Assembly: GCA_028279275.1 (NCBI GenBank)
Contig: JANQOB010000009.1
Span: 200,781-264,780 of the forward strand
DNA: 64,000 nt
Direction: 5' to 3'
From: Gammaproteobacteria bacterium
GTDB lineage: Bacteria > Pseudomonadota > Gammaproteobacteria > UBA4575
The notes under the pieces are model-generated. The model searched no databases, was not told the origin of the DNA, and was given only the letters and a program-made list of their open reading frames with translations. Each line of letters opens with the position of its first letter. Positions within the stretch are counted from its first letter, which is position 1. Positions 52,461 through 61,991 of this stretch are shown here, piece by piece. A program made the translations under genes and the position numbers.

Positions 52461-53054
52461 TTAGAAAAATAAACCTGCATTTCCACCATGCCCCCAGGCC
52501 ACCATGCAAGCAAGCATTGGGATAGATAATAACGTGTTGGTGCGCGAGGCAATAAAAGCAATTTTCTTTGCTTTAGCTTTTTCGTCATCGCTTGCTTCTT
52601 TAATGCCAAGCACTTTTTTCTGATTTGGCCAGATTAGCCCCCATACATTGAGTAACATGATTGTGCCTAACCATGCGCCTATACCGATAACGGTTACGCC
52701 ATTCGTTGCAAAAAAATGAGTTGTAAAACCACCAACATATTCTAGAGCTGCCGCACCTGTTAACCAGGTAACCAAAGCCCCCCAGCGAAACCATGCAAGG
52801 GCTTTAGGTGCAACATACTTGCCAATCGCCGCCGGTCCAGGTCCGCTACTGTCTGCTGTAGCTTCGTTCATGGCAGGGACTTGAACAAAATTGAAGTAGT
52901 AGAGTAAACCAATCCATACAACACCTGCGAGTACATGAAACCAGACTACAAGTGACCATGAATTGATGGCATTCGGTTCATAGGCTAGAGCAATTAATAT
53001 GGCAAGAATGAAACCAGAAATAATTGTGCCAAGGATAGAATTTAAAGGATTCAT
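52461..53054 (-). CDS. PuuD/urate-oxidase N-terminal-like membrane protein (no cytochrome c domain)
   Basis: WFHVLAGVVWIGLLYYFNFVQ, WFRWGA, NVWGLIWPNQKK, SRTNTLLSIPML. Confidence 0.8.
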   Translation of the reverse strand: MNPLNSILGTIISGFILAILIALAYEPNAINSWSLVVWFHVLAGVVWIGLLYYFNFVQVPAMNEATADSSGPGPAAIGKYVAPKALAWFRWGALVTWLTGAAALEYVGGFTTHFFATNGVTVIGIGAWLGTIMLLNVWGLIWPNQKKVLGIKEASDDEKAKAKKIAFIASRTNTLLSIPMLACMVAWGHGGNAGLFF

Positions 53055-53289
53055 AAGCGTGCCTCTCTGAATAAAATATCGTTATTATTGTGAATGTGCC
53101 ATATTTGGCTTAATTCCTATAAGTGATAATTATAACGAACCTCCATAGCTAACTTAAAGTTTAAATTTAAGTGTATGAATCTTCTCCAATTAATTTATAT
53201 GTGCTGTATAAGATGTTCGATTGGTAATAGCTTGGTTACAGGGTCATATATCCCTTCATTTCCATTCAAAGTTTTTATTAGGTAATAGC

Positions 53290-55077
53290 ATGTGCGGTAT
53301 TTGTGGTGAATTGCGCCTGGATGATAAATCAGCAGATCAAGCGACTATTCAGCGCATGCTAATGCCTTTGCATAGGCGTGGTCCTGATCATGAAGGTGTT
53401 TTCATCTCTAAGATGATTGGTTTGGGACATCGGCGTTTATCCATTATTGATTTATCGAGCAATGCTAACCAGCCTATGCACGACAACGTGCACAACTTAA
53501 CTATCATATTTAATGGAACTATCTATAACTACCCTGAATTACGAGAACAACTTAAACAGAAAGGACATCAATTTAATTCAACAGGTGACACAGAAGTTAT
53601 TCTCAAGGCCTACGCCGAATGGGGGAAAGAATGCGTTGCTAAGTTAATTGGCATGTTTGCATTTGCTATATGGGATGCACATAAACAAGAAGTATTCTTA
53701 GCACGTGATCGCCTGGGGATTAAACCGCTTTATTATTCACAACATAAAAACTTTTTTCGCTTCGCATCAAACTCGCAAGCATTGTTGGCAGCAGGCGAGA
53801 TCGATACAGAATTTGATGCAATAGGCTTACATCATCATTTAACTTTACATGCTGTTGTTCCAGCACCTACTACTATCTTAAAAGGTTTGCGCAAGGTGCC
53901 GCCTGCGCATTTCTTGACGGTCAATTTAAAAGGTGAGGTAATCACGCAACGTTATTGGCACTTAGATGCAAGCCAAACGGATGATCTACGCAATGAACAA
54001 GATTGGATTGAAGCTATTCGAACTTCATTGAACATTTCGGTTGAACGTAGATTACATATTGCAGATGTGCCTGTTGGCGTGTTGTTATCTGGAGGTTTAG
54101 ATTCAAGCTTGTTGGTGGGTTTGCTTGCAGATTCTGGTGTAGAAAACCTACAGACCTATTCTGTTGGTTTTGAGGACCAGCCAGAAGAGCAGGGCAATGA
54201 ATTTGAATATTCTGATGCAGTAGTAGAAAAATTTTCTACCGAACATCATAAGTTTTATATCAAGAATAGTGATGTATTAAAAAGATTACCTCAAGCCATT
54301 GAGCAAATGGCCGAACCTATGGTCGGTCAAGATGCTGTGGCGTTCTATTTATTAGCTGAGCAAGTGAGCCAACACATTTCTGTGGTCCAATCAGGGCAGG
54401 GAGCGGACGAAGTATTTGGGGGTTACTTTTGGTATCCGCTGATGCAGGCAGAGAATAATTTTTCAGTGGAAAGTTTTGCTAAGCACTATTTTGATCGTAG
54501 TCATTCTGAAATGTCTGAAGTGCTTAATCCAGATCTTATAAGTGAAGATTTTACTTCTGAGAAAGTTGCACAATTATTAGAAGCAGCAAATACGAAAGAC
54601 TTTTTAGCAGCGGTATTACAAATGGATATAACTACATTGATTGTAGATGATCCGGTTAAACGCGTGGACAACATGACTATGGCATATGGTCTGGAAGCAC
54701 GTGTACCTTTTTTGGATCATGAATTGGTAGAGTTAGCCATGCAAATGCCTAACCAATACAAAACAAGTAGTGGTGGTAAACATATACTAAAGAAAATAGC
54801 GCGAGGCTTATTACCTGATAAAGTAATTGATCGCAGGAAAGGTTATTTCCCAGTACCTGCACTTAAATATGTACGCGGAGAATTTTTAGAATTTATGTGC
54901 GATATTTTAAGTTCTGATGCATGTAAAAATCGTAGACTATTTCAATCCTCGTATGTGAATAAATTATTGGACAAACCCGAAGACTATATGACGCCTCTGC
55001 AAGGCAGTAAGTTATGGCACTTAGCCTTATTAGAGCTATGGTTACAGCGCAATGTGGATACATCTATTGCTACGTGA
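53290..55077 (+). CDS. asparagine-synthetase-like amidotransferase (N-acetylglutaminylglutamine amidotransferase type)
   Basis: MCGICG, HRRLSIIDL, LSGGLDSS, SGQGADEVFGGYFWYP, DDPVKRVDNMTM. Confidence 0.88.
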   Translation: MCGICGELRLDDKSADQATIQRMLMPLHRRGPDHEGVFISKMIGLGHRRLSIIDLSSNANQPMHDNVHNLTIIFNGTIYNYPELREQLKQKGHQFNSTGDTEVILKAYAEWGKECVAKLIGMFAFAIWDAHKQEVFLARDRLGIKPLYYSQHKNFFRFASNSQALLAAGEIDTEFDAIGLHHHLTLHAVVPAPTTILKGLRKVPPAHFLTVNLKGEVITQRYWHLDASQTDDLRNEQDWIEAIRTSLNISVERRLHIADVPVGVLLSGGLDSSLLVGLLADSGVENLQTYSVGFEDQPEEQGNEFEYSDAVVEKFSTEHHKFYIKNSDVLKRLPQAIEQMAEPMVGQDAVAFYLLAEQVSQHISVVQSGQGADEVFGGYFWYPLMQAENNFSVESFAKHYFDRSHSEMSEVLNPDLISEDFTSEKVAQLLEAANTKDFLAAVLQMDITTLIVDDPVKRVDNMTMAYGLEARVPFLDHELVELAMQMPNQYKTSSGGKHILKKIARGLLPDKVIDRRKGYFPVPALKYVRGEFLEFMCDILSSDACKNRRLFQSSYVNKLLDKPEDYMTPLQGSKLWHLALLELWLQRNVDTSIAT

Positions 55078-55131
55078 CTCCATCACAGTAAAATATTGTC
55101 TAAGTTTTAGATCATTTTGGAGCTTTGTGAT

Positions 55132-55446
55132 ATGGACGTATTGGAACGTATAAAAGAACAAGTCGAGTCAAACTCTGTAATTCTATATATGAAGGGCACA
55201 CCGCAAATGCCCCAGTGTGGTTTTTCAAGTCGCACAGCCGAAGCATTAAAATCTTGTGGAAAAGAGTTTGCTTATGTGAATGTATTGATGGACCCTGAAA
55301 TTTTTGAGAACTTGCCAAGATTTGCAGACTGGCCAACGTTTCCTCAGTTGTACATTAATGGTGAGTTAGTTGGTGGATGTGATATCACCCTGGAGTTACA
55401 TGAGAAAGGCGAATTGCAAAAAATGGTCGATGAAGCTGCAGCTTGA
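55132..55446 (+). CDS. grxD: monothiol glutaredoxin Grx4
   Basis: MKGTPQMPQCGFS, WPTFPQLY, GGCDI. Confidence 0.96.
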   Translation: MDVLERIKEQVESNSVILYMKGTPQMPQCGFSSRTAEALKSCGKEFAYVNVLMDPEIFENLPRFADWPTFPQLYINGELVGGCDITLELHEKGELQKMVDEAAA

Positions 55447-55453
55447 TTACAAG

Positions 55454-56083
55454 TTACTCAGAGACTTTTCGCGCCTTCCATAAGTTCATCACTTTACAAA
55501 ACACATCTGCCGTTTTTTCGGCATCATAAATTGCAGAGTGGGCATTGTTATTATCCCATTCAATTTCAGCTGCTTCTGCAATTCTAGATAATACTGTTTG
55601 GCCATACGCTAAGGCACCTAGAGTTACAGTATCTAAACAACTGAAAGGGTGAAAAGGACTATTTTTAATATTATTTCGTGCTGCTGCTGCGTTGAGAAAT
55701 CCGAGATCAAAAAATGCATTGTGACCTACAAGTATGGCACGTGTACATTTGTTATCTTTTACATGTTTGCGTACGGGTTTGAATATTTCAGGTAACGCTT
55801 GTTTTTCATCAAGCGCAATTCTTAAAGGATGAAAGGGATCAATTCCATTTATCTCTAAAGAGGCTTGTTCCAGATTGGAACCTTCAAAAGGTTTGACATG
55901 TGTGGATATCGTTTCTTTTCTATATAGATCGCCATCTTGATTCATACTGATAAGTACTGCAGCAATTTCTAGTAATGCATCCGTTTCTGAATTAAAACCT
56001 CCAGTTTCAACGTCAATGACTACCGGGCAAAAACCACGTAAATGATTGGCGAATGGGATAAATTCTTGTGCTTCTTCGCTCAC
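55454..56083 (-). CDS. rnt: ribonuclease T
   Basis: PVVIDVETGGF, GHNAFFD, PFHPFS, AHSAIYD. Confidence 0.95.
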   Translation of the reverse strand: MSEEAQEFIPFANHLRGFCPVVIDVETGGFNSETDALLEIAAVLISMNQDGDLYRKETISTHVKPFEGSNLEQASLEINGIDPFHPLRIALDEKQALPEIFKPVRKHVKDNKCTRAILVGHNAFFDLGFLNAAAARNNIKNSPFHPFSCLDTVTLGALAYGQTVLSRIAEAAEIEWDNNNAHSAIYDAEKTADVFCKVMNLWKARKVSE

Positions 56084-56168
56084 TTAGAATTTTCTTTTGC
56101 TAGCTAATGAGTACATTCAAGTTATAATTCTCACAAATACGAACAATTCATCTAACAGATTACATACT

Positions 56169-57389
56169 ATGTCATCAGTTCAAAAAGTTGTACTCGCCTA
56201 TTCGGGTGGTTTAGATACTTCGGTGATTCTCAAATGGCTGCAAGAAGTCTATAACTGTGAAGTTGTGACGTTCACGGCCGATATTGGGCAGGGCGAAGAA
56301 GTAGAGCCTGCGCGTGCAAAAGCACAAGCATTAGGGATTAAAGAGATTTTTATTGAAGATCTCACGGAAGAATTTGTCAGTGATTATGTGTTTCCGATGT
56401 TTAGAGCAAATACCGTATACGAAGGAGAATATCTATTAGGCACATCTATTGCTCGACCCTTAATCGCAAAGCGACTAGTTGAAATTGCGGCTCAAACAGG
56501 TGCCGATGCAATCTCGCATGGTGCTACTGGTAAAGGTAATGATCAAGTTCGTTTTGAGTTAGGTGCTTATGCACTAAATCCGGATATTAAAATAATCGCG
56601 CCTTGGAGAGAGTGGGACTTAAACTCACGTGAAAAGTTACTGGCTTATGCAGATAAACATGGAATAGCAGTAGAGCAAAAGCGTGGTAAAAAATCTCCTT
56701 ATTCTATGGATGCAAATTTATTGCATATTTCATACGAAGGTGGGCCACTTGAAGATCCATGGAATGAGCCAGAAGAAGATATGTGGAAGCTGAGTGTTTC
56801 GCCTGAGCAAGCACCCAATGAGTCAGCATTTATTGAAATTGGTTTTGAACAAGGTGATGCCGTAAGCATAGACAGTGAAAAGAAAACACCTGCACAGTTA
56901 TTAACATTTTTAAACAAGATTGCATGTGAACATGGCGTTGGAAGGCAAGACATTGTGGAAAATCGTTATGTTGGAATGAAATCACGAGGATGTTATGAGA
57001 CGCCGGGCGGTACTATTTTGTTGAAAGCACATCGTGCAATGGAATCATTAACCATGGATAGAGAGATCGCGCATTTAAAAGATGAGCTCATGCCGCGTTA
57101 TGCCAAGTTAATTTACAATGGCTATTGGTGGAGCCCAGAACGTTTAGCGATGCAACAATGCATTGATGCAACGCAAGTGAACGTCACAGGTACTGTACGA
57201 GTCAAATTATATAAAGGGAATGTAATAATCGTTGGTCGTAAATCAGACAGTCATAGCTTATTTGATGCAAATATCGCCACTTTTGAGGACGATGAGGGTG
57301 CCTATAATCAACAAGATGCAGAGGGTTTTATCAAATTAAATGCCCTAAGAATGAGGATTGCGGCAAAATCTTCTAGACATCGCGACTAA
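56169..57389 (+). CDS. argG: argininosuccinate synthase
   Basis: [23 protein letters not shown]; start MSSVQK at 56169. Confidence 0.97.
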   Translation: MSSVQKVVLAYSGGLDTSVILKWLQEVYNCEVVTFTADIGQGEEVEPARAKAQALGIKEIFIEDLTEEFVSDYVFPMFRANTVYEGEYLLGTSIARPLIAKRLVEIAAQTGADAISHGATGKGNDQVRFELGAYALNPDIKIIAPWREWDLNSREKLLAYADKHGIAVEQKRGKKSPYSMDANLLHISYEGGPLEDPWNEPEEDMWKLSVSPEQAPNESAFIEIGFEQGDAVSIDSEKKTPAQLLTFLNKIACEHGVGRQDIVENRYVGMKSRGCYETPGGTILLKAHRAMESLTMDREIAHLKDELMPRYAKLIYNGYWWSPERLAMQQCIDATQVNVTGTVRVKLYKGNVIIVGRKSDSHSLFDANIATFEDDEGAYNQQDAEGFIKLNALRMRIAAKSSRHRD

Positions 57390-57432
57390 ATCAATTTAAA
57401 ACATAAACTATAATAATTCGAACTAATTCATT

Positions 57433-58161
57433 ATGACTAAGTATTTAGCAGTTCTCATACTATTTGCATTGCTTGGCAGTGGCTGTGCAACTTCTCCAGA
57501 TTACGCACCTGATGAAAGAGATCCATGGCAGGGATTCAACCGTAAAGTCTATAGTTTTAACGATGCGTTAGATCGCTCATTTCTCGTTCCAGCCGCTGCG
57601 AGTTATCGTGCAGTGACTCCAGATATTGCCGAACAGGGCGTCAGCAACTTTTTCTCCAATATAGGCGATCTGGGTGTTGCGTTTAACAATACTCTGCAAT
57701 TTAAGTTCTTAGATGCCGCTTCCGATATCGGACGAATCATCGTGAATTCGACGATTGGCTTATTAGGTTTTATGGATGTTGCCAGTCGCATGGGTTTGGA
57801 AAAACACGATGAAGATTTTGGACAAACACTTGGATACTGGGGTATGGACTCAGGTCCTTATTTAATGCTGCCATTTTTCGGTCCGAGTACTGTGCGTGAC
57901 GGGCCGGGAAGAGTCGTGGATACTCTTATTTACCCGCCTAATTGGGCAGACATAAAAACTTCAGAACGAAATGGTTTATTTGCTCTCAATCTAATCAACA
58001 CCCGTGCAGAATTAATGCAGTTGGAAGAGAAGACAGGTGACTTAAGTCGAGATCGTTACGTGTTTATTCGTGATGCATATTTGGATCGTCGAGAATTTCT
58101 AGTTAATGATGGTGAAATTTCAACAGACGATGATCTTTACGAAGAGCTCGAAGACGAATAG
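57433..58161 (+). CDS. mlaA: MlaA/VacJ lipoprotein
   Basis: Lipobox GSGC, DPWQGFNR, EDFGQTLG, PFFGPSTVRD. Confidence 0.94.
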   Translation: MTKYLAVLILFALLGSGCATSPDYAPDERDPWQGFNRKVYSFNDALDRSFLVPAAASYRAVTPDIAEQGVSNFFSNIGDLGVAFNNTLQFKFLDAASDIGRIIVNSTIGLLGFMDVASRMGLEKHDEDFGQTLGYWGMDSGPYLMLPFFGPSTVRDGPGRVVDTLIYPPNWADIKTSERNGLFALNLINTRAELMQLEEKTGDLSRDRYVFIRDAYLDRREFLVNDGEISTDDDLYEELEDE

Positions 58162-58178
58162 TTGCTAAATAATGCATC

Positions 58179-58985
58179 GTGGGTAAGTGCATCGTCTGCA
58201 ATAAATCTGCAGGACCTTTTTACTCCTTACATAAAGCTTGTTTACCTGTTTACCAGAATACACAGCAGTCTTTAAAAACAAAATTGTCTAGCTATCTTGA
58301 TTCTGACGAAGAGTCATCGATTGCGGATTTGAAAGCATGTCGACCTTCTGAAGGTTTCTCTGAGTATCACTTTAAACAAATTTGCATCAAGGCTTGGCAA
58401 GAGCATGCTAGGCATGTTGTAAGTCAGGCGTCTTTAAATGTTCCCGTAGCCAAGAAGCTTTTAAATATTGCGAATGAGTTTGAAATCTACAAAAATGAAA
58501 CAGAGCCTTATCTAATCTCTCGCTTAATGAATTTTGAATATTTGCAGGCCCTGCAAAATGATCAATCAATAGAGTTTCATTCTAACTTTGATATGACTGC
58601 GATAGAGCTTAATGAAGGTGAGTATGCAATTTGGCAATTTGATGAAATAGATAAATCAGAACAACATCAATACTCACAACAAAAGTCTTGGACGCTATTT
58701 AGTTCGCTTTTAGACAATTTGTTTATGAAGTCGCGCTACAAACCCTTAGATGTGAAACTTGAAAAGTCGGGTAAATTATTAATTACGAACCAAGCACTCC
58801 ATTATTTGTTAGATAACTCGGTAAAAGAAACAAAATTTTCAGATATTCATTCTGTAACGCCTATGAAACATGGCATAAGAATTCAAGCCGCAATAAGGAA
58901 TGCTACACCAGATACCTACATAACTGGAGATGGGCGTTTTACATATGCCTTGCTGCAATATGCGCAAGGTAAAGATTCTAGATAA
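58179..58985 (+). CDS. hypothetical protein (N-terminal CxxC..HxxC, C-terminal PH-like segment)
   Basis: CIVC...HKAC; SGKLLITNQALHY. Confidence 0.7.
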   Translation: MGKCIVCNKSAGPFYSLHKACLPVYQNTQQSLKTKLSSYLDSDEESSIADLKACRPSEGFSEYHFKQICIKAWQEHARHVVSQASLNVPVAKKLLNIANEFEIYKNETEPYLISRLMNFEYLQALQNDQSIEFHSNFDMTAIELNEGEYAIWQFDEIDKSEQHQYSQQKSWTLFSSLLDNLFMKSRYKPLDVKLEKSGKLLITNQALHYLLDNSVKETKFSDIHSVTPMKHGIRIQAAIRNATPDTYITGDGRFTYALLQYAQGKDSR

Positions 58986-58987
58986 GC

Positions 58988-59128
58988 TTAACCGCCAAAT
59001 AGTTTTTTGAGCCAACACATAAAGCCACCGCTATCACCGGTTCGTGATGATTTTGACTGGGTGGTTCGCCCGTTCTGGGCTTCATAGTGACGGCGTAAAA
59101 CCGAATCAGTTGGGACTGCATTATCCAT
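58988..59128 (-). CDS. unannotated 46-aa small protein
   Basis: AAGGAG 5 nt before ATG; MDNAVPTDSVLRRHYEAQNGRTTQSKSSRTGDSGGFMCWLKKLFGG*. Confidence 0.7.
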   Translation of the reverse strand: MDNAVPTDSVLRRHYEAQNGRTTQSKSSRTGDSGGFMCWLKKLFGG

Positions 59129-59373
59129 ACTTTCTCCTTTTGACCTTAGTTAAACAAGGATAGGTATTGTTATTGTTATGGAGATTGCTTGTACCTAGGT
59201 ACAGTCAGGGATTTTGTGCTTTGTTTGGCAAAGGGTCAACTAAGAATGCGGTACTATGCAAGGAAATTTGATCTATTTTTATGGTGGTTAAGTTTTAACT
59301 ACTTGCTAATAAGCTGGTATTATAGTTAGGCATAAATTATTAAATAATCATAACGAGTTTAAGGATTTAAAGG

Positions 59374-60000
59374 ATGAATAGAAAAGCGCTGGAAGTACTG
59401 GCGGGCGGTAGATACCTTGAGGACACGGTGATACATGACAAGGATCGAGACCCTGAATTTGAACGTCATATTCGTAAAATACTTGAGCTCATAGGTGAAG
59501 ATCCAACTCGTGAAGGGCTATTGGATACCCCAAAGCGCGTCTCTAAAGCGATGCATTTTTTAACGGAAGGATATCACCTCGGAGTTGAAGATGTTGTTCG
59601 TGATGCATTGTTCGAAGAACAATGTGAAGAAATGGTGATTGTTAAGGACGTCGAATTTTATTCTTTATGTGAACATCACATGCTGCCATTTTTCGGTCGT
59701 GCACATGTCGGGTATTTACCAAAAAATAAGGTCATTGGTCTAAGCAAAATTGCACGTGTAGTAGATGTATTTGCAAGACGTTTACAAGTTCAAGAAAGAC
59801 TCACTTCGCAAATTGCAAAAGGATTAATTGAAGTACTAGATGCGCATGGCGTCGCAGTAGTAGTTGAAGCGAGTCACTTCTGCATGGTGATGCGTGGCGT
59901 ACAAAAACAAAATAGTAAAACGGTTACCAGCTCGATGCTTGGTGCATTTCGAGATGATTCACGTTCACGCTCAGAATTTATGGAGCATATTCGCGATTAA
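59374..60000 (+). CDS. folE: GTP cyclohydrolase I
   Basis: [33 protein letters not shown]. Confidence 0.96.
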   Translation: MNRKALEVLAGGRYLEDTVIHDKDRDPEFERHIRKILELIGEDPTREGLLDTPKRVSKAMHFLTEGYHLGVEDVVRDALFEEQCEEMVIVKDVEFYSLCEHHMLPFFGRAHVGYLPKNKVIGLSKIARVVDVFARRLQVQERLTSQIAKGLIEVLDAHGVAVVVEASHFCMVMRGVQKQNSKTVTSSMLGAFRDDSRSRSEFMEHIRD

Positions 60001-60322
60001 GTGAGCGCCTTGACGCGCGAATACGATATCCATCAGGGATGATGCAATAGATTAAAGTACTGTTGCTTTAAAAAATGAACAGGTTGGGAATTTAGTTTTT
60101 AATTTCAAAAGTCTTTGCTTTCGAAAAAAATATTTCCTTTTTGGAAATAGTTGCAAACACTCCAAAGCAGATAATTATTAGCTTTTAAGAAATTAATATC
60201 TCGTATAAAGAGAGACTTACCTCTTTTCTTTCCACCAATTTTAATCAATGTATAATTTAAACAACAACAATGGATAAGTGTCTTGAATTTCCATAAGTCA
60301 ATTAACTGATACTGAACAGAGG

Positions 60323-60595
60323 TTGGATGCAATGGAACTGCATGGATGGAATGACTGTAAAAACATAATTCCCGAAATCAAACGGCAACCTAACAATAGA
60401 ATTGCATCTGATCCTATTTGGTTGTTGCTCATCGATGGTACCGTTCTAGGGCATACCGTACGGTGTTTCTTAGATAGCAAAACCGAAATATCCTGGGGTG
60501 GGATCAAAAAAGACCGTGTTTCGCATTGGGCTTACAATATTCCCCCACCGCTTCCTGAAGAATTTACTCCTAAAAAAATAAAGAAATCTTTTTAA
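60323..60595 (+). CDS. hypothetical protein, weak resemblance to phage DUF551
   Basis: W..C...PE ... VSHWA..PPP pattern. Confidence 0.5.
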   Translation: MDAMELHGWNDCKNIIPEIKRQPNNRIASDPIWLLLIDGTVLGHTVRCFLDSKTEISWGGIKKDRVSHWAYNIPPPLPEEFTPKKIKKSF

Positions 60596-60602
60596 GGCTT
60601 CT

Positions 60603-60824
60603 TTGATGCATGACCAATATAAAAATTTGGATCTTGAAGACATCGACAAGTTGAACAATAAAGGCTGGTTTCTAGTCACTTACTTTCAATGTCGTAAAGA
60701 CTCTAAAGCCTGCGGGTCACGTGATCGCGCGATTGAAAAAGCAAATAGTATAGATCGAGAAGTAGGTATAAGGACTGTAGAAAAAGAAAATTATGTTGTC
60801 TTTGAAGTTTGGGAGAAGTGGTGA
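60603..60824 (+). CDS. hypothetical protein
   Basis: 73-aa ORF co-oriented directly after the previous one. Confidence 0.5.
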   Translation: MMHDQYKNLDLEDIDKLNNKGWFLVTYFQCRKDSKACGSRDRAIEKANSIDREVGIRTVEKENYVVFEVWEKW

Positions 60825-60912
60825 GATCTACTCACAAACCAAAATGTGAACACACGGGAGTGCTTATATAACGTTCATCATGCGCGATGTATCCGTTTCA
60901 TTTCTTAGCTAG

Positions 60913-60941
60913 AATGTCCGCTATCGACTGAAAGCGAACAA
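60913..60941. repeat. palindromic unit AATGTCCGCT...AGCGAACA (first 12 bp repeated at 61837)
   Basis: AATGTCCGCTAT at 60913-60924 and 61837-61848. Confidence 0.55.
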
Positions 60942-61008
60942 TTATTGAATTTAAAACAGAGAGCCAATATCAACTCAGCACCTAGCTAAGTTTTCAATTG
61001 TTGCTAAG

Positions 61009-61461
61009 CTATAATTTAGACGCATAGACTTGTTTTACATATTCCTTTGTAAATATTCTTGTAACAAGTCTTAAAAATTCTACATCACATTCTGAATTTG
61101 CAGAGTTAATAATATCTTCAAAATCAGAATTTTCTGTTTTACTTTTATTGTAAAAACTAATTAAAGACTCTTTTACTTCCGGTAGTAATTGTTTTGCGAG
61201 CTTCTGTGTAGATTCTATGTTCTTAGGCAAAACATTTTTATTTTCTAAGCTATTTGCTAGACCAGATGTTAGTAAATCATCTATAAGAATTTTATCTAAA
61301 CCTGGGTGCGAAATCGCTTCTGCGCATGCAAGTGCGGCAGCTGTTATATCGCGTGTGTATGCTATGGACGTATACCCTTTTGGTGTGAAGGTATCCGTCG
61401 CGTTACATTTCGTGCGTTGTTTAAATGGAAGCCAGTCTGTAATTGAAAGATTAAATGGCAT
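61009..61461 (-). CDS. hypothetical 150-aa protein downstream of tandem SAM-II riboswitches
   Basis: AAGGAG 9 nt before ATG 61461; no recognisable motif. Confidence 0.75.
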   Translation of the reverse strand: MPFNLSITDWLPFKQRTKCNATDTFTPKGYTSIAYTRDITAAALACAEAISHPGLDKILIDDLLTSGLANSLENKNVLPKNIESTQKLAKQLLPEVKESLISFYNKSKTENSDFEDIINSANSECDVEFLRLVTRIFTKEYVKQVYASKL

Positions 61462-61528
61462 AGTCAAATACTCCTTGCTTCTAAATTTTGAGTACGCTGA
61501 TATGACTTAGAAGCAACAAGTACTATCA

Positions 61529-61584
61529 TCGCTTTAGCAGTATTTTGTTGTCGCCCTGCAAGTTGTTTATTAAATCAGCGACAT
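61529..61584 (-). ncRNA. SAM-II riboswitch aptamer B (translational)
   Basis: GUCGCUGAUUUAAUAAACAACUUGCAGGGCGACAACAAAAUACUGCUAAAGCGA. Confidence 0.88.
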
Positions 61585-61623
61585 AAAAAAACCCACTATA
61601 GTACAGACTACAGCGGGCTTTTT
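61585..61623 (-). terminator. intrinsic terminator between the two SAM-II aptamers
   Basis: AAGCCCGCUGUAG-UCUGUA-CUAUAGUGGGUU followed by U run. Confidence 0.85.
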
Positions 61624-61632
61624 AATAACCTC

Positions 61633-61686
61633 TCGCTTTAGCAGTACTTAGTTATGCGCCCGCAAGCTGTAGCTCAAATCGGCGCA
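61633..61686 (-). ncRNA. SAM-II riboswitch aptamer A (transcriptional)
   Basis: UGCGCCGAUUUGAGCUACAGCUUGCGGGCGCAUAACUAAGUACUGCUAAAGCGA. Confidence 0.88.
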
Positions 61687-61696
61687 ATATAGTCTT

Positions 61697-61725
61697 AACA
61701 TATTATATGAATTGCACTTAGTCAA
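61697..61725 (-). promoter_or_regulatory. sigma70-type promoter of the tandem riboswitch leader
   Basis: TTGACT-17 nt-TATGTT about 10 nt upstream of aptamer A. Confidence 0.6.
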
Positions 61726-61836
61726 ACTTCTTAATAATTTTAATTCATAATACAAGTAAAGTACTATGTATAGAGGACATTCATAAAATTAATATCAATT
61801 AGATACGCAATAAAATTGTAGCGTCAGAAATATATT

Positions 61837-61965
61837 AATGTCCGCTATTGGCTGGCAGAAATACGCTATTCGGCAACAGCTCCTGCATAGCGCTAATAAG
61901 TTACATCCATGTAACGATGCAGTTTTTTTTAGCACTTCCGCCATCCATGATGGTCGAAGTGGGGA
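61837..61965. repeat. composite palindromic repeat element with CATCCATG cores
   Basis: GTTACATCCATGTAAC, CCGCCATCCATGATGG, CAGCTCCTGCA following AATGTCCGCT. Confidence 0.5.
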
Positions 61966-61991
61966 TAATCTAACTACAAGGTTTTATAAAT

